A stretch of DNA of 64,000 nt, from positions 91,059,353-91,123,352 of the forward strand of contig NC_057718.1 of the NCBI RefSeq assembly GCF_004010195.1, given 5' to 3'. Each line of letters starts with the position of its first letter. The stretch's first letter is position 1. The notes below the pieces were generated by a model. It was not told the DNA's origin and made no database searches. It saw only the letters and a list, made by a program, of their open reading frames with translations. This stretch comes from Chiloscyllium plagiosum (taxonomy: Eukaryota). A program made the translations under genes and the position numbers. Shown in pieces: positions 11,601-24,139 of this stretch.

Positions 11601-13390
11601 TAGATCTCATGGAATACAGGGAGAAGTAACCGTGTGGATACAGAACTGGCTCAAAGGTAGAAGACAGAGGGTTGTGGTGGAGGGTTGTTTTTCAGACTGG
11701 AGGCCTGTGACCAGTGGAGTGCCACAAGAATCAGTGCAGGGTCCACTACTTTTCGTCATTTATATACAGAGGAGCCTCGATTATCTGAGCGAGATGGGTG
11801 GGCACTATTTTGTTCAGATCACTGAATATTCCTTTAATTGATTCAGTGCCTTTCCTCTGGGGCTCGGAGTTTTCTGTAAAGTCTGCTCCCTGTTCAGGAG
11901 ATAAGGCAGCATCACCGCGCACGAGCCCCTGCACCCCATCCACCCCACCAACCCTAACCTCATCAAACACCACCCCCCACCCCCCATGCGGCCCCCAGTG
12001 TGACCCGCCCCCTCTCCGGGGCAGCCAGACTCGACACCAACAACAAGACTGTTGCTGCTGCTACTGCCTTTTAGGGGGTGAGTCTCCAAATACCGCACTC
12101 ACGCAACTTTTTACTGCAACTTTTTGACAGGTTCCACCTTTACCCAGTACAGGACAACGTTCTGGGGAAGGAGGGGGTTTAGGATACACACCTGTGTAGA
12201 ACTCCAGGCAAAGTGTGGAAAGAGAGGGAGAGAGTGTGGGAGGTCAGTCATTTATAGATGGTGCCTGCTGTCCCATCAGTCCAGGACTGTTCTTGGCAGC
12301 ACTTTTAATCACTGTAAACAAAAGATGCGATCAGTGTCGGACACACCTCTATGATTTAATGTTTCTGTCGGGACCTCTAGATCTCCTTTGGATAATCCAA
12401 TTTTCGGATAATTGGTATTCAGTAAATGATTTGGATGTGAGCATAAGAAGTATAGTTAGTAAGTTAATAAGTTTGCAGATGACACCAAAATTGGAGGTGT
12501 CGTTGACAGTGAAGAAGGTTACCTCAGATTACAATGGGATCTTGACCAGATGGGCCAATGGGCTAAGAAGTGGCAGGTGTAGTTTAATTTAGATAAATGT
12601 GAGGTGCTGCATTTTGGGAAAGCAAATCATAGCAGGACTTATACACTTAATGGTAAAGTCCTAGGGAGTGCTGCTGAACAAAGGAACCTTGGAGTGCAGC
12701 TTCATAGCTCCTTGAAAGTGGAGTCACTGGTAGATAGGATAGTGAAGAAGGCATTTGGCATGCTTCCCTTTATTGGCCAGAGTATTGAGTACAGGAGTTG
12801 GGAGGTCATGTTGCGGCTGTACAGGACATTGATTAGGCCACGTTTGGAATACTGTGTGCAATTCTGATCTCCTTCCTATCAGAAGGATGTTGTGAAACTT
12901 GAAAGGATTCAGAAAAAATTTAAAAGGATGTTGCCAGGGTTGAAGGATTTGAGTTATGGGGAGAGATTGAATAGGCAAGGGCTGTTTTCCCTGGAGCATC
13001 GGAGGCTGAGGGCTGACCTTATAGAGGATTATAAAGTCATGAGGGGCAAGGATATGATAAATAGACAAAGTCTCTTCACTGGGGTGGGGGTGGGGGGGAG
13101 GAGTCCAGATCTAGAGGGCATAGGTTTAGGGTGAGAGGGGAAAGATATGAAAGAGACCTAAGGGGCACCTTTTTCACGCAGAGGATGCTACATGTATGGA
13201 ATGAGCCACCAGAGGAAGTGGTGAAGGCTGGTACAATTGCAACATTTAAAAGGCATCTGGTTGGATATAAGAATAGTAAAGATTTAGAGGGATATGGACC
13301 GGGTGCTAGCAGGCGGGACAAGATTGGGTTGGGATATCTGGTCGGCATGGACAAATTGAACCAAAGGGACTGTTTCCATGCTGTACATCT
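8625..13390 (+). mobile_element. Near full-length decayed CR1 (HER1-like) LINE. ORF1 has a Cys-rich N-terminus, coiled coil and SGNH/GDSL esterase-like domain; ORF2 has APE endonuclease and RT. Interrupted at 11767-12422
   Basis: ORF1 remnants from ATG near 8829: ICSCWMW..., LGDSLVQG, IVHIGTNDIG, DELHL. ORF2: YFNARGL, ITEMWL, DFNFPNID, NYRPVSL, YMDFSKAFDKVPH, GVPQ, FADDTK, LEYCVQF and a CR1 3' tail. Many stops and frameshifts. Confidence 0.93.
11767..12422. mobile_element. Non-autonomous Tc1/mariner (Tigger/pogo-like) element inserted at TA within the CR1 RT
   Basis: CR1 LFVIYI|NDLD is split. The left end reads TA|CAGAGGAGCCTCGATTATC. The right end has repeated GGATAAT motifs, then TA, then CR1 resumes. 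The right TIR is partly deleted. Confidence 0.72.
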
Positions 13391-14784
13391 CTTTGCACCA
13401 TTTTATGATGACAATTCAGCGCATGTGTGATAAAAATAATAAGTAAAAATATTTTAAATCATACCTAATTTAATACATTGGTTCTCACATCCCAATACTG
13501 ATGCTCAGCTGCTTTAGTGTTTTACACGTCTGAAAAAACAGTTCAATTGACATTGTGTGCCTATGTACAATGATGTATACCTGTTTGGGATTTCATTTCT
13601 TCGGAAAAAGGAGAATGTTGTGTTAAGACTCACAGCCGATATGTGCCTTTAAGCATCTTAACCATATTATGGTTAATTTCATGGAAGTTGACCTAATGAT
13701 TTTAAGCTTACAGCCCCCATCTTACTGAATTATGTCCTCTTGCATGACTTACTAAAGGAATTGTGCTCCAGTACACGCAAGTTGCTTGACTTGAACCCAG
13801 ACACACAGATGCCTGTGATTGTAATGTACATGTGTAGATACCAGGCACTCTAACAAAAGCTAATTGAACCGTTCAGTACTATGTGACCCACATCTCATCC
13901 TTAAGTTACAGGAGCTACTGAATAGTGTGACAGTGGCTGCGCCATCAGTATTTCATGCCACCTCACATCGTGGCTACAGCACTATATAAAACACCAGTAA
14001 ATGCTTAGAAGAGAGTCTCATTTGAAGGTTAGACATCCCTGGGTCATAAGATGCCTACCCACAATAAATTTACATGATTATGGAACATCACCCGAATAAG
14101 CAAAAGGCAGACCTGCGCTGTCAACTTCAAGTTCAAGAGCTTTCAATCTGTAAAACCCGTATTGCTTTCGCAAAAAGAAACAATGTTTCAGCCTGCTGCA
14201 ACATAAAAGATAAGATGCTGCGTCAAAAGGCTTTTTGTGGGTTTGGGAGTAAAATTGTTGGCTAAACAGCTTCTTACAATCTTAAAATTAACATTGACAG
14301 TCACTGTTGGCTTAACTACTGTGCCTTCCCGTTCAAACTAAAAATTGATTTTCCAACCTAGAGCTCCTTACCTTTGTACAGTGGTCGGTTGGCTCTGCCA
14401 TTTTGTGTCCTTTAATTCAGTGCCAGAGGCAGTGTGATGCCAGTATCCCTTATTTGGTGAAAACATACCCCTAGTGGTCATAATCTGCCATTACATCCTT
14501 TAAAGAAACAGTCTTGCACTTAATAAAACCTCTTTAAGAGCCCAACAATGATGATTTTATGAATGACAGCAAGACATTTTCAGGAAGAATAACTGAGAAC
14601 TACATACACATTTCTCCATCTGGGCATATATTCACTAGATTGAGATATGGCGTCAAACCTCCAAAATGTAATATTGAAATTTGAATGAATTAATCTTGTT
14701 ATCTGTTTTTATATGTCCGAATAATGATTAAATTGGCACTTGTTGCCTATGCACAGTGATGTATAGCTCTTTGGGATTTCACGT

Positions 14785-16075
14785 AGAGTCATTGAGTCAC
14801 AGCACGGAAAAAGACCCTTCAGTCTGACTCGTCCCTGACCAAGTTCCCCAGTCTCAGCTAGTCCAACTTGCCCGCATTTTCCCCATATCCCCCTAAACCT
14901 TTCAAGTTCAAATGGCTTTTCAATGCTTGAACACTACCTGCACCCTTCCTTTCATAGTTTATTACATGTACAAACCACCCTCTGTGTGGAAGAAGTTGCC
15001 CCTCAGGTCCATTTTAAATCTTTTTCCTTTCACATTAAAAATATGGTCCAAGTTTTGAACTCCCCCACTCAACAGAAAAGACCTTCTGTATTCACCTTAT
15101 CCATGCCCCTCATGATTTTATAAACTTCTGTAAGGTCGCCTCTCAACCTCCTATGCTCCAGTGATAAATGTCACAGTTTCTCCTTATAAATTCCAGTTAC
15201 AGGAACATCTGGTAAATCTTTTCTGAATCTTCTCCAACTTAATAATATTCTTTCTATAGCAAGGAGACCTGTACACAGTACTCCAAAAGTGGCCTCACCA
15301 ATGTCCTATACAGCTTCAACATGAAGTCTCAACTCCTATACTCAATGGTCTAAGAAATGACGCCAAGCGTGCTAAACACCTCTTAAGCACACTGTCTATC
15401 TGTGACACAAATTTCAAAGAACTTTATACCTGAACTCCTAGGTGTGTCTGTTCCACAAGACTACCCAGAGCCCTATGTTGAATGTATAAATCCCACCCTT
15501 GTTCATTTTACTAAAATGCAATACCTTGCATTTATCCAGTTTAACCTCCATTGCCACTCATCAGCCCATTGGCCCAATTGTTCAAGAGCTCTTTGTAATC
15601 TTAGGTATCCTTCTCTGTCCACTATACCGTCAACTTTTGTGTAATCCACAAACTTAGTAACATGCCTTCTAAATTCTCATCCAAATAATTTATTTAAAGG
15701 CAAACAACAATGGACCCAGCACCGATCCTTGCGGAACACCACTGGTCACAGGCCTCTGGTCCAAAAAACAACCCTCCGTCACCACTGTCTGTCTCCTACC
15801 ATCAAGCCAATTTTTAATCTAATTAGCAAGCTCTTTGAATTCCATGTGATCTAACCTTACTGATCAGTCTACCATGCGGAACCTTGTCAAAAGCTTTACT
15901 AATGCCCATGTCAACAATGTTTACTGCTCTGCCTTCATCAATTTCTTTTGGTTACATCCTCAAAAAAATATATCCCTAATCAGTCCTTGCTTCTTCAAAT
16001 GCACGAAAATCCTGTCTCTCAGGATCCCCTCCAATAGCTTGCCCACCATTGATGTCAGACTCACCAGTCGATAGT
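14785..16075 (-). mobile_element. CR1 LINE 3' fragment (RT C-terminal part plus tail), degraded
   Basis: Reverse complement resembles the 11300-13390 CR1 region. Confidence 0.85.
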
Positions 16076-16784
16076 CCATACTCCTTGAAAAAAGGAGATT
16101 GTTGTGTTATATCTCGCAGCAGAAGTGTGATATACCATTAAGAGACATGCTCATGATGTCATCATGGCTACGTGTCAGGTGCCTCAAGGGTTTGTATAAC
16201 TCTGTCTCCACCTTTTGAGCTTCATTCTCTTGCAGCATGACATACTGAGGGACTTATGCTCATCATATCTTGCTTAGCTTGATCCTATACAAGTCCAAAA
16301 TTATAATGCGTATATGGAGATATTGGGTGCTGTATCTAAAGCTCATTGAACTGTTCAGTCTTACATGACCTACATCTTGCCCTTGCTATGGGAGCTACTA
16401 GAACTATCACAGTCTGATAGTGGCATATCCAGTAGGTCAAACCATCTCATGTCAGCTTCATGGAGGTGAGAGCCTATTCTCAAAGAATTAAGTACTGAAA
16501 TTAATCTCCAGGTCTTTCTCAGGCTTACAGGAACTACCCCTCCCTGCAATTTGTTTCCTTCCATCCTTGCAGTTTGTTTGCTCACCCCTTCTTTGTTCCA
16601 ATCTGTGTTTTTTTAATTCTGTCATTCCCCCAATTTTGTAATTTTCTGTCTATCACTGATGTTCCCTCTCCAGTTTGAGATTCTCTCCCTCCCTCAGTTT
16701 GGATTGCCTTCCCTTCATTCCTGCCGCCATCAGTTTGTATTTTTCTCTTTCTTTTCCTGACTTGCTCTCTGAGGACCCGATGTG

Positions 16785-18185
16785 AATATTGAGTCACAAT
16801 TAATTAGAATGGACGGCTTTGAGGTATGTAGGGAGGAGGTGTTGGAAATTCTGGAAAGGGTGAAAATAGATAAGTCCCCTGGGCCTGATGGCATTTATCC
16901 TAGGATTCTCTGGGAAGCAAGGCAGGAGATTGCAGAGCCATTGGCCTTGATTTTTATGTCCTCGTTGTCTACAGAAGTAGTGCCAGAAGACTGGAGGCTA
17001 GCAAATGTGGTTCCCTTGTTCAAAAAGGGGAGTAGGGATAACCCTAGTAACTATAGGCCGGTGAGTCTCACTTCTGTTGTGGGCAAAATCTTAGAGAGAA
17101 TTGTAAGAGATAGGATTTATGAACATCTGGATAGGAATAATGTGATCAAGGATAGTCAGCAAGGTTTTGTGAAGGGCANNNNNNNNNNNNNNNNNNNNNN
17201 NNNNNNNNNNNNNNNNNNNNNNNNNNNNNNNNNNNNNNNNNNNNNNNNNNNNNNNNNNNNNNNNNNNNNNNNNNNNNNNNNNNNNNNNNNNNNNNNNNNN
17301 NNNNNNNNNNNNNNNNNNNNNNNNNNNNNNNNNNNNNNNNNNNNNNNNNNNNNNNNNNNNNNNNNNNNNNNNNNNNNNNNNNNNNNNNNNNNNNNNNNNN
17401 NNNNNNNNNNNNNNNNNNNNNNNNNNNNNNNNNNNNNNNNNNNNNNNNNNNNNNNNNNNNNNNNNNNNNNNNNNNNNNNNNNNNNNNNNNNNNNNNNNNN
17501 NNNNNNNNNNNNNNNNNNNNNNNNNNNNNNNNNNNNNNNNNNNNNNNNNNNNNNNNNNNNNNNNNNNNNNNNNNNNNNNNNNNNNNNNNNNNNNNNNNNN
17601 NNNNNNNNNNNNNNNNNNNNNNNNNNNNNNNNNNNNNNNNNNNNNNNNNNNNNNNNNNNNNNNNNNNNNNNNNNNNNNNNNNNNNNNNNNNNNNNNNNNN
17701 NNNNNNNNNNNNNNNNNNNNNNNNNNNNNNNNNNNNNNNNNNNNNNNNNNNNNNNNNNNNNNNNNNNNNNNNNNNNNNNNNNNNNNNNNNNNNNNNNNNN
17801 NNNNNNNNNNNNNNNNNNNNNNNNNNNNNNNNNNNNNNNNNNNNNNNNNNNNNNNNNNNNNNNNNNNNNNNNNNNNNNNNNNNNNNNNNNNNNNNNNNNN
17901 NNNNNNNNNNNNNNNNNNNNNNNNNNNNNNNNNNNNNNNNNNNNNAATTAAGGGTTGGTAGGTATAGGACAGATGTTAGGGGTAGGTTCTTTACTCAGCG
18001 AGTCGTGAGTTCATGGAATGCCCTGCCAGTAGCAGTGGTGGACTCTCCCTCTTTATGGGCACTTAAACGGGCATTGGATAGGCATACGGAGGATAGTGGG
18101 CTAGTGTAGGTTAGCTGGGCTTGGATCGGCGCAACATCGAGGGCCAAAGGGCCTGTACTGCGCTGTATTTTTCTATGTTCTATGA
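16785..18185 (+). mobile_element. Relatively young CR1 RT fragment spanning an assembly gap
   Basis: Open frame DKSPGPDGIYPRILWEAR...NYRPVSLTSVVGK up to the Ns. A CR1 3' end with (TATGTTC)-type tail follows the gap. Confidence 0.88.
17179..17945. other. Assembly gap (767 N)
   Basis: Run of N read directly. Confidence 0.99.
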
Positions 18186-18774
18186 CCCAAGAATTTCTAG
18201 GCAATTTTTGTTGGCCCCTGAAGCTACAACGTTAACACGTGACAAGGAAGCAGCACGTCCTGACGAACAGGAGAGCCAGCAGGGCTTGGTTGCCAGCGCA
18301 TCAGCAGGAATGTTGTATTTGCAGAAACAATGCAAACAAGAATTGTCTGTCTGAATTGTTCGCAACAGTGATCAGGAAAATTCCCGTTTCCCCTAAAGTC
18401 TTTTCCAAAGCGAGGTGGCTACAAACCTTAAATTTCACTGCATTTATGGCTGTTCCCAGTTTGTTTGCTGATGTTGGAACACAGCTTTGTGTAACTTTCA
18501 AGTAATGACACTCACCAAAAAAGAATGTCAATATTGGCAACATGTGTGTGGTTTGTTAAAAGACTGTTAGCAGACTAACCTTATATTTACCAAGTGGGTG
18601 GCTCAATTGCTCATGATGAAGGGAATCATGTTAGATTTTCAAGATGGCTGAGCAATTAAACCCAGGGACTGTAATGAAAATGGCTTGTGTTCCTATAAAG
18701 CCTGTAAATACTGCCTTAAATAACTTGTTTTTTTGGTTTAGTGCTATTCAGAAAGGTAGACATTCTCACAAACT

Positions 18775-19002
18775 CTTACAAGAACATAAGGACTTAGGAG
18801 TAAGCCATTCGAGCCTGCTCCGCCATTCAATAAGATCATGGCTGATCTTTCCACGGCCTCAGCTCCGCTTACCCGCCCTCTCACCGTATCCCTTAATTCC
18901 TTTATTGTTCAAAAAAAAACTATCTTAGCTTTAAAAACATTTACTAAAGTAGCATCAACTACTTCCCTGGGCAGGGAATTCCATAGATTCACAACCCTCT
19001 TG
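18775..19002 (-). mobile_element. CR1 3'-end fragment
   Basis: AGAACATAAG tail, then GCCATTC...AATAAGATCATGGCTGATC and GAATTCCATAGATTCACAACCCTC, typical CR1 3' antisense. Confidence 0.75.
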
Positions 19003-19273
19003 GTTGCAGCAAGTATAGGCCAAGTTCATTTTTGCATGCTTAGCGGATCAGCACAGCTGTTTCAGTTTAGAGAGAGGAATCATGTCTGCTGTATGCTGTC
19101 TCGGAACAGACATATTGCATTTTTTTTATTAATAGGGAGACTGTCATGATACTTTGGTTAATTTACTGCACAGCTTTAACAGAATCCCATATGCTGTTTG
19201 ATGGCTTTTCTCATAATGCTGTTTCTCCTTTGTAATAAGTTACCTGCTTACTAATTTTCTGTTTCTTGCGCAG

Positions 19274-19346
19274 CTTTCTCGCTTGAAGGATCCTGCTTGA
19301 GTTTCGCAGATTTGTTCAGGCTCATCGCTTTCTACTGTATCAGCAG
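19274..19346 (+). CDS. RIN2: RIN2 coding exon (SH2; TFSLEGSCLSFADLFRLIAFYCISR)
   Basis: Pyrimidine tract plus cag acceptor, gtgaga donor, 73 nt. Nearly identical to the RIN2 motif FSLEGS..SFADLFRLIAFYCISR. Confidence 0.96.
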
Positions 19347-21764
19347 GTGAGAGGAGTGAACAAATCTAAATGCCAATCTGCAGGCATGCCCTATTGTTAG
19401 AGGTTCGAAGAGGTTTCTTTTAGTGTGTTTGCTCCCACATCCACTTGAGGACTCACACCCATGCACCTTTTTTCTGTTATCCTAGACCATTTCCTGTTGA
19501 GTCAATACAGGAAACACTTGATTAACTAGTTGGGTGATTCTGCATAGAGAATATTTTTCAATCACATTCCCCAGCGTGAGTTAGAGTTTGTGGAGGGAGG
19601 AGCGGACGGTGTCGGGAATACTAATTCTCATAAAGCACGCTGTTTCTTTTTCACTGAACACCTGGTGTATAATTAGATCCTGCAGCTATGCTAATGATTC
19701 TGGTCGTGACTCAACTTGAAACAACTTCCTTGCTGCTGCCTCACAAAAAGCTGCTTGTTATTCAGCAAGGTTGCTATTGATCCAAAACATGAAAATAAAA
19801 AATAAAAACTAAATCCACAGCAGGTTAGCCAGTGCTGAAATGCTAGGCCTGTACTTCAGGTGACAATTGCTCAGTAGAGGTTAGACTTTCGTTGCAAATC
19901 CTGTTTTGCTACAGTCAAGCATCAATCTGGGAGACGGTACTCATACTCTAAGGTATGCAGAAAGGGCAGACTTTCAATCCAATGTCTTTGAGGAGGAGAT
20001 AGGCAGAAATATATCTTTACTGAAGTAAAAATTGCAATTCATTTTATCAACAGCAAACTTAAGTTCTGAACTCCTAGGTTTACCAATTTTTTTTTGTTTT
20101 GCCAAGAAACCCAGTGAGATCAGAGACACCGAGGTTCTGCTGAATTTAATGGCAGAACTTCTTTTTTTCTCTCTCTTATTTCCTGCCTTGCAACTGGCTA
20201 AGTGAACATCTGGGTCAACTGTTGGAAACCAGCAGTGGGAGGCTGTAGTGAGGAGCATTTGGAGTCCATCCTGGCAGTCAAGGTGAGGAGGGAGGATTGC
20301 CAGTCAAAACTTTGGACAGTTTGGTGGTGAGGAGTCCTGCCCCTCAGTGGAGGGGTACTAAAGATACTTGCCTTGAGGACTTGACAGCCCACACCACCCT
20401 TTCACGGTCAGGTTTCCCAATCCCTGGGAAATGCAATCATTATTTCCAATTGCAATTGCGGGCCCAACGTGGAGCTACTGATGAAGAGACTCTCTCCTTC
20501 ATGGCAGGGCAATCTTCTTGACCTCTGGAAACACACCACTATAAAAACTGCAGCGGGCACACACAGGAGGATTGAGACAGCTTCCTGCTCTGTTTTGAGT
20601 TTTAACCCCTTCCCATATATCATCAGGGTATTAATACTGAGGCCCTTGTATTGCAATGAAACTTTAGGAACAGAAGGCAACTGAACCATTCATTTACTGA
20701 AACATGCTACTGTTCAGCCAGATGAAGGACTGTCTTTCAGCTCAGACTTGGCTGGTCATCCACATATCTGCCTACAAAAGAATAAAGCCACATAGCGTGC
20801 AAGGGAAGGAACTGTATTACCTTCTAGCTTATTGGTAATTGGTGACTTTACTTACAACATCTTCACAGCAGAAAGGGGTTTTGAAAATATTGACACAGAT
20901 ATGTGTCTGTTGACATACTGTTCGTCAGCTGTGGGATGCCATTACCCAGGTCACGTACTGTCAGGTGAAGTGAATAAATATGAATTTTACTAGATCTATG
21001 AGAGTCTGATCTTACTGAGAACTGGGTCTGCCAATCAAGAGCATCACTGATGGCGTGACATCAACACTTAAATCTGTGTCCCAGGGAGTTCTGGAGGCTA
21101 GATCACTGAAAGTACTTAGAGTAGGTTGATAGACTTTGGAAATATCAGCGATTTGACAGCAGTGCTGAGCTGGCACACATGAGTTAATGAGCCATGGTCT
21201 TGTTGAATGAGCAAGGCAGACTTGAGAAGCTGCATGGCTTGCGTGTGCTCCTATTTCTTGCGTTCTCTGTCTCCGTTCCCTGCACAGTTTACAAAGTGTA
21301 GTGTGACTCGTCAATAACTTAATTTTGCAGCTGAGTAGCGTGTTGGCACACTGGCCAGTCTGCCACAGGCATTTGGGACTTGCCCTTCCTAACAGCCTGG
21401 TCATTAGGTAAATCCAGGATGGCAACATTATTAATTTAGTGGTATGTGGTATGAATGGCCAATTGCAATAATTCTTTCAACCCCCATTCATTCACCAATT
21501 TAATTCAAGTTGGCAAGTCAATATTTTAGACTTTGTTGAGGTGGACTCTGCCTCGTAACTCTATGTTGGAGTATAAAGGAATGCAGAAGTATTATTATGA
21601 GAGAATTTCTTTTGTCGCTCTACCTAATCATTACATCACAAATCTTTCTTGGGGACTTTCCAAGTTTTCTGCACCCAAAATATTCCCTTCTCCTTGACTG
21701 GCTTACTCATATAGATTCAATATTGTTTCATTAAATTCTGTCTTTTTTCCCCCTCTCTCAAAAG

Positions 21765-21856
21765 GGATGTGCTGCCTTTCCCTTTAAAGTTGCCTCATGG
21801 AATCACAGCTGCCAAGACTGAGACTGAGCTGGAAGCAATTGCATTCCTGGGTCTAG
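21765..21856 (+). CDS. RIN2: RIN2 coding exon (end of SH2; DVLPFPLKLPHGITAAKTETELEAIAFLGL)
   Basis: Pyrimidine tract plus aag acceptor, gtgagt donor, 92 nt. Matches RDVLPF.LKLP. Confidence 0.95.
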
Positions 21857-22264
21857 GTGAGTACACTTCAGGTCTACTGGATTCACCTTGAAGCACAGGA
21901 CCGTGTTTTCATCTAAAATACTCGCCCATTAGTGATCAAACTGTCTTTTGTCACACTTTTTGGACTTTGCCCGTTTCCTACTCTGAATCAAATCAGCTTG
22001 GCTTGCATTCGCTGCTGGTGATTTGTATAAGGTAAAACTCTTTGATCCAAGTCAAAAAATCACACGACACCAGCACCTCCACATCACAACTCTCATCCAA
22101 TTTTATAGTTTGTCTCTGGAATTTAGTTCCTATTCCTAAAACAGTCTTTTAAATGAAATAGTGATCTGCCTGCCCTTTACAGGGTTAACTGCTCTGTTAT
22201 GATGCACGCGAGATGGAAACTAAAGTCCATCTGTTTTCAACTTTATGGCATTCTTTTGTTTCAG

Positions 22265-23287
22265 AGTTCTGGAGTTCTCCTGTGTACAAGAGAGCAGGCA
22301 AGAGTTCTGCACCTCCTACGAGTCCTCTCGACGCAGGCAGCCCGAGCACAGAAACGAAGCAGACCCCGCATTTAAATGGAGTGCATTCCATTCAAACACG
22401 GACGCCTTCAGAGCTGGAGTGCAGCCAGACCAATGGTGCTCTGTGCTTTATAAACCCGCTGTTCCTGGAGGTGCACAGCAAAGACATTAACGGCAGCCTC
22501 CAAGGGCAGGCTCCCAAATCCAGAGAGACGGGCCGGCCCTACTCCGCCCCGGCTCGGCCTCCCCCTCCTCGGCTGCCCGCGAGTATGGACCAGAGCCCGG
22601 GTCCGGCCGCCGACCGGGAGGGAAGGGGGGGCCCTTGCAAACAGCCCGGGGCCAAAGCGGCTCCCATCCCGCCGCCCCGCATCAAGAAACAAGCCGGCGG
22701 TGCTGAGGCGGTGGACAAGGCTGCAGCCCCGAAACCAGCAGCTCCCGGGCCGGAGGAGGCTGCAGGCCAGGGCCGGCAGCGGCTCAGCGACCTCAGCATG
22801 TCCACCACCTCCACCGAGTCCGACTCCAGCAGCATGGAGGTGAAACGGGACTGCCCTTCCAGCCTGGAGGGGGACACCAACAGCAGCCTGGAGGAGGAGG
22901 AGGAGGAGGAGGACTCCGAGGCGGACAGCGACCAGGAGGTGCTGCCGCCCCCATGCACCCCCAGGAAGAAGAGGCACCCTTCCTTCGTCTTCCCCAGGAT
23001 CGTCAAGACCCACATCCAGAAAGTGAGCGGCGTCTTCAGCTCGTTCATGACCCCCGAGAAGAGAATGGTCAAGAGGATCGCCGAGATGTCCCAGGACAAG
23101 CGCACCTACTTCGGCTGCCTGATCCAGGACTACATCAGCTTCTTCAAGGAGAACAAAGACTGCCACGTCTCCAGCACCGACATGCTCCTCACCGTCCGCC
23201 AGTTCATGACCCAGGTTAAAAGCTACCTGCTCCAGAGCTCGGAGCTGGACCCGCCAATAGAATCCCTCATCCCAGAAGACGAAATAG
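22265..23287 (+). CDS. RIN2: RIN2 large coding exon (proline-rich region, acidic tract, RIN-homology helical region)
   Basis: tttcag acceptor, gtgagc donor, 1023 nt. Contains RIN2-specific strings NGVHSI.TRTPSELECSQTNGALCFINPLFL, PIPPPR.KKQA, RQRLSD, KVSGVFSSFMTPEKRM and SSELDPPIESLIPED. Confidence 0.97.
22891..22911 (+). repeat. (GAG)7 encoding poly-Glu in RIN2
   Basis: Read directly, in frame (SSLEEEEEEEDSE). Confidence 0.9.
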
Positions 23288-24139
23288 GTGAGCTGCCCTC
23301 CCTTATGATCTCGGAAAATTTGCCCTCTTTCCCCCACCCTCCGTGCCCGCGTTGCTTCGACTTCTGGAGGGGTCATTCGGGAGTTTCGTTTCACGAATTG
23401 ACCTGGTGTTGTGTGATTTTTTTTTTAAAACTGAGGTTTAGTTGGTGAAGGGGCAACGCCAGTTTCCCCTTTTGTGCCTCTTGTGAATGTCTCAGAGTCT
23501 GGCTTTTAAGGAGATGGGGGGAAAGGTATTGATAGGTGTGTTCTGCATTAATGTTGGTGTGTGGAGAGTTTGAAATGCTGCAGGCGGTTTTTAAGAGGCA
23601 CTTGCTGAGGGGGAAAATATGGCTCTGCATAACTTTAGCCTGTCACAGCTCAGTGGGAAGTCAGTTCTCTCAGCTTCAGAAAGCCAAGCTCAATGGCATA
23701 GTGAATTCACAGCTACAGTGTTGTAAAACCTTTTCACATAAACCACTTATATGTGGCACTAGGGAGATGAAATATTTTCAATCAGAGGATGGTGAATCTT
23801 TCACCCACAGGGCTGTGGGAGCTCAGTCTTTTGAGTATATTTAAGGTAGAGGCTGCTAGATTTCTGATGGTGAAGAGGGTTGTGGTAAGTGGCATTGAAA
23901 TGTTCAAACAGCCATGGTTGCAATAAATAGTGGAGAGGACTTGATGGGCTGAATGGCCTACTTCAATTTCCTGTGTCCCTAATACTGCAAAAATAGCATG
24001 CAATTATTGCTGGTCTTTCCCTCTTTGTGAACAAAATTTCTCAAATATTTATTCTTGAAAGCAAGACTTATTAGGCAGACATGTAGAATTAGTTAGTCTA
24101 CTCTTGTTTCTGCAATATTTATGTTCTGAGTTATGTTCA

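Noticed and set aside
16782..17951. 389-aa ORF
   Set aside because: Only about 130 codons are real (CR1 RT). The rest is translation of the N gap.
22408..23394. 328-aa antisense ORF (and the 188-aa ORF at 22539-23105) as an overlapping gene
   Set aside because: It mirrors the GC-rich RIN2 exon. High GC3 removes antisense stops, and there is no recognisable domain.
22213..23448. 411-aa ORF as a single-exon gene
   Set aside because: RIN2 homology starts and ends at the splice sites 22265 and 23287. The ORF ends are intronic read-through.
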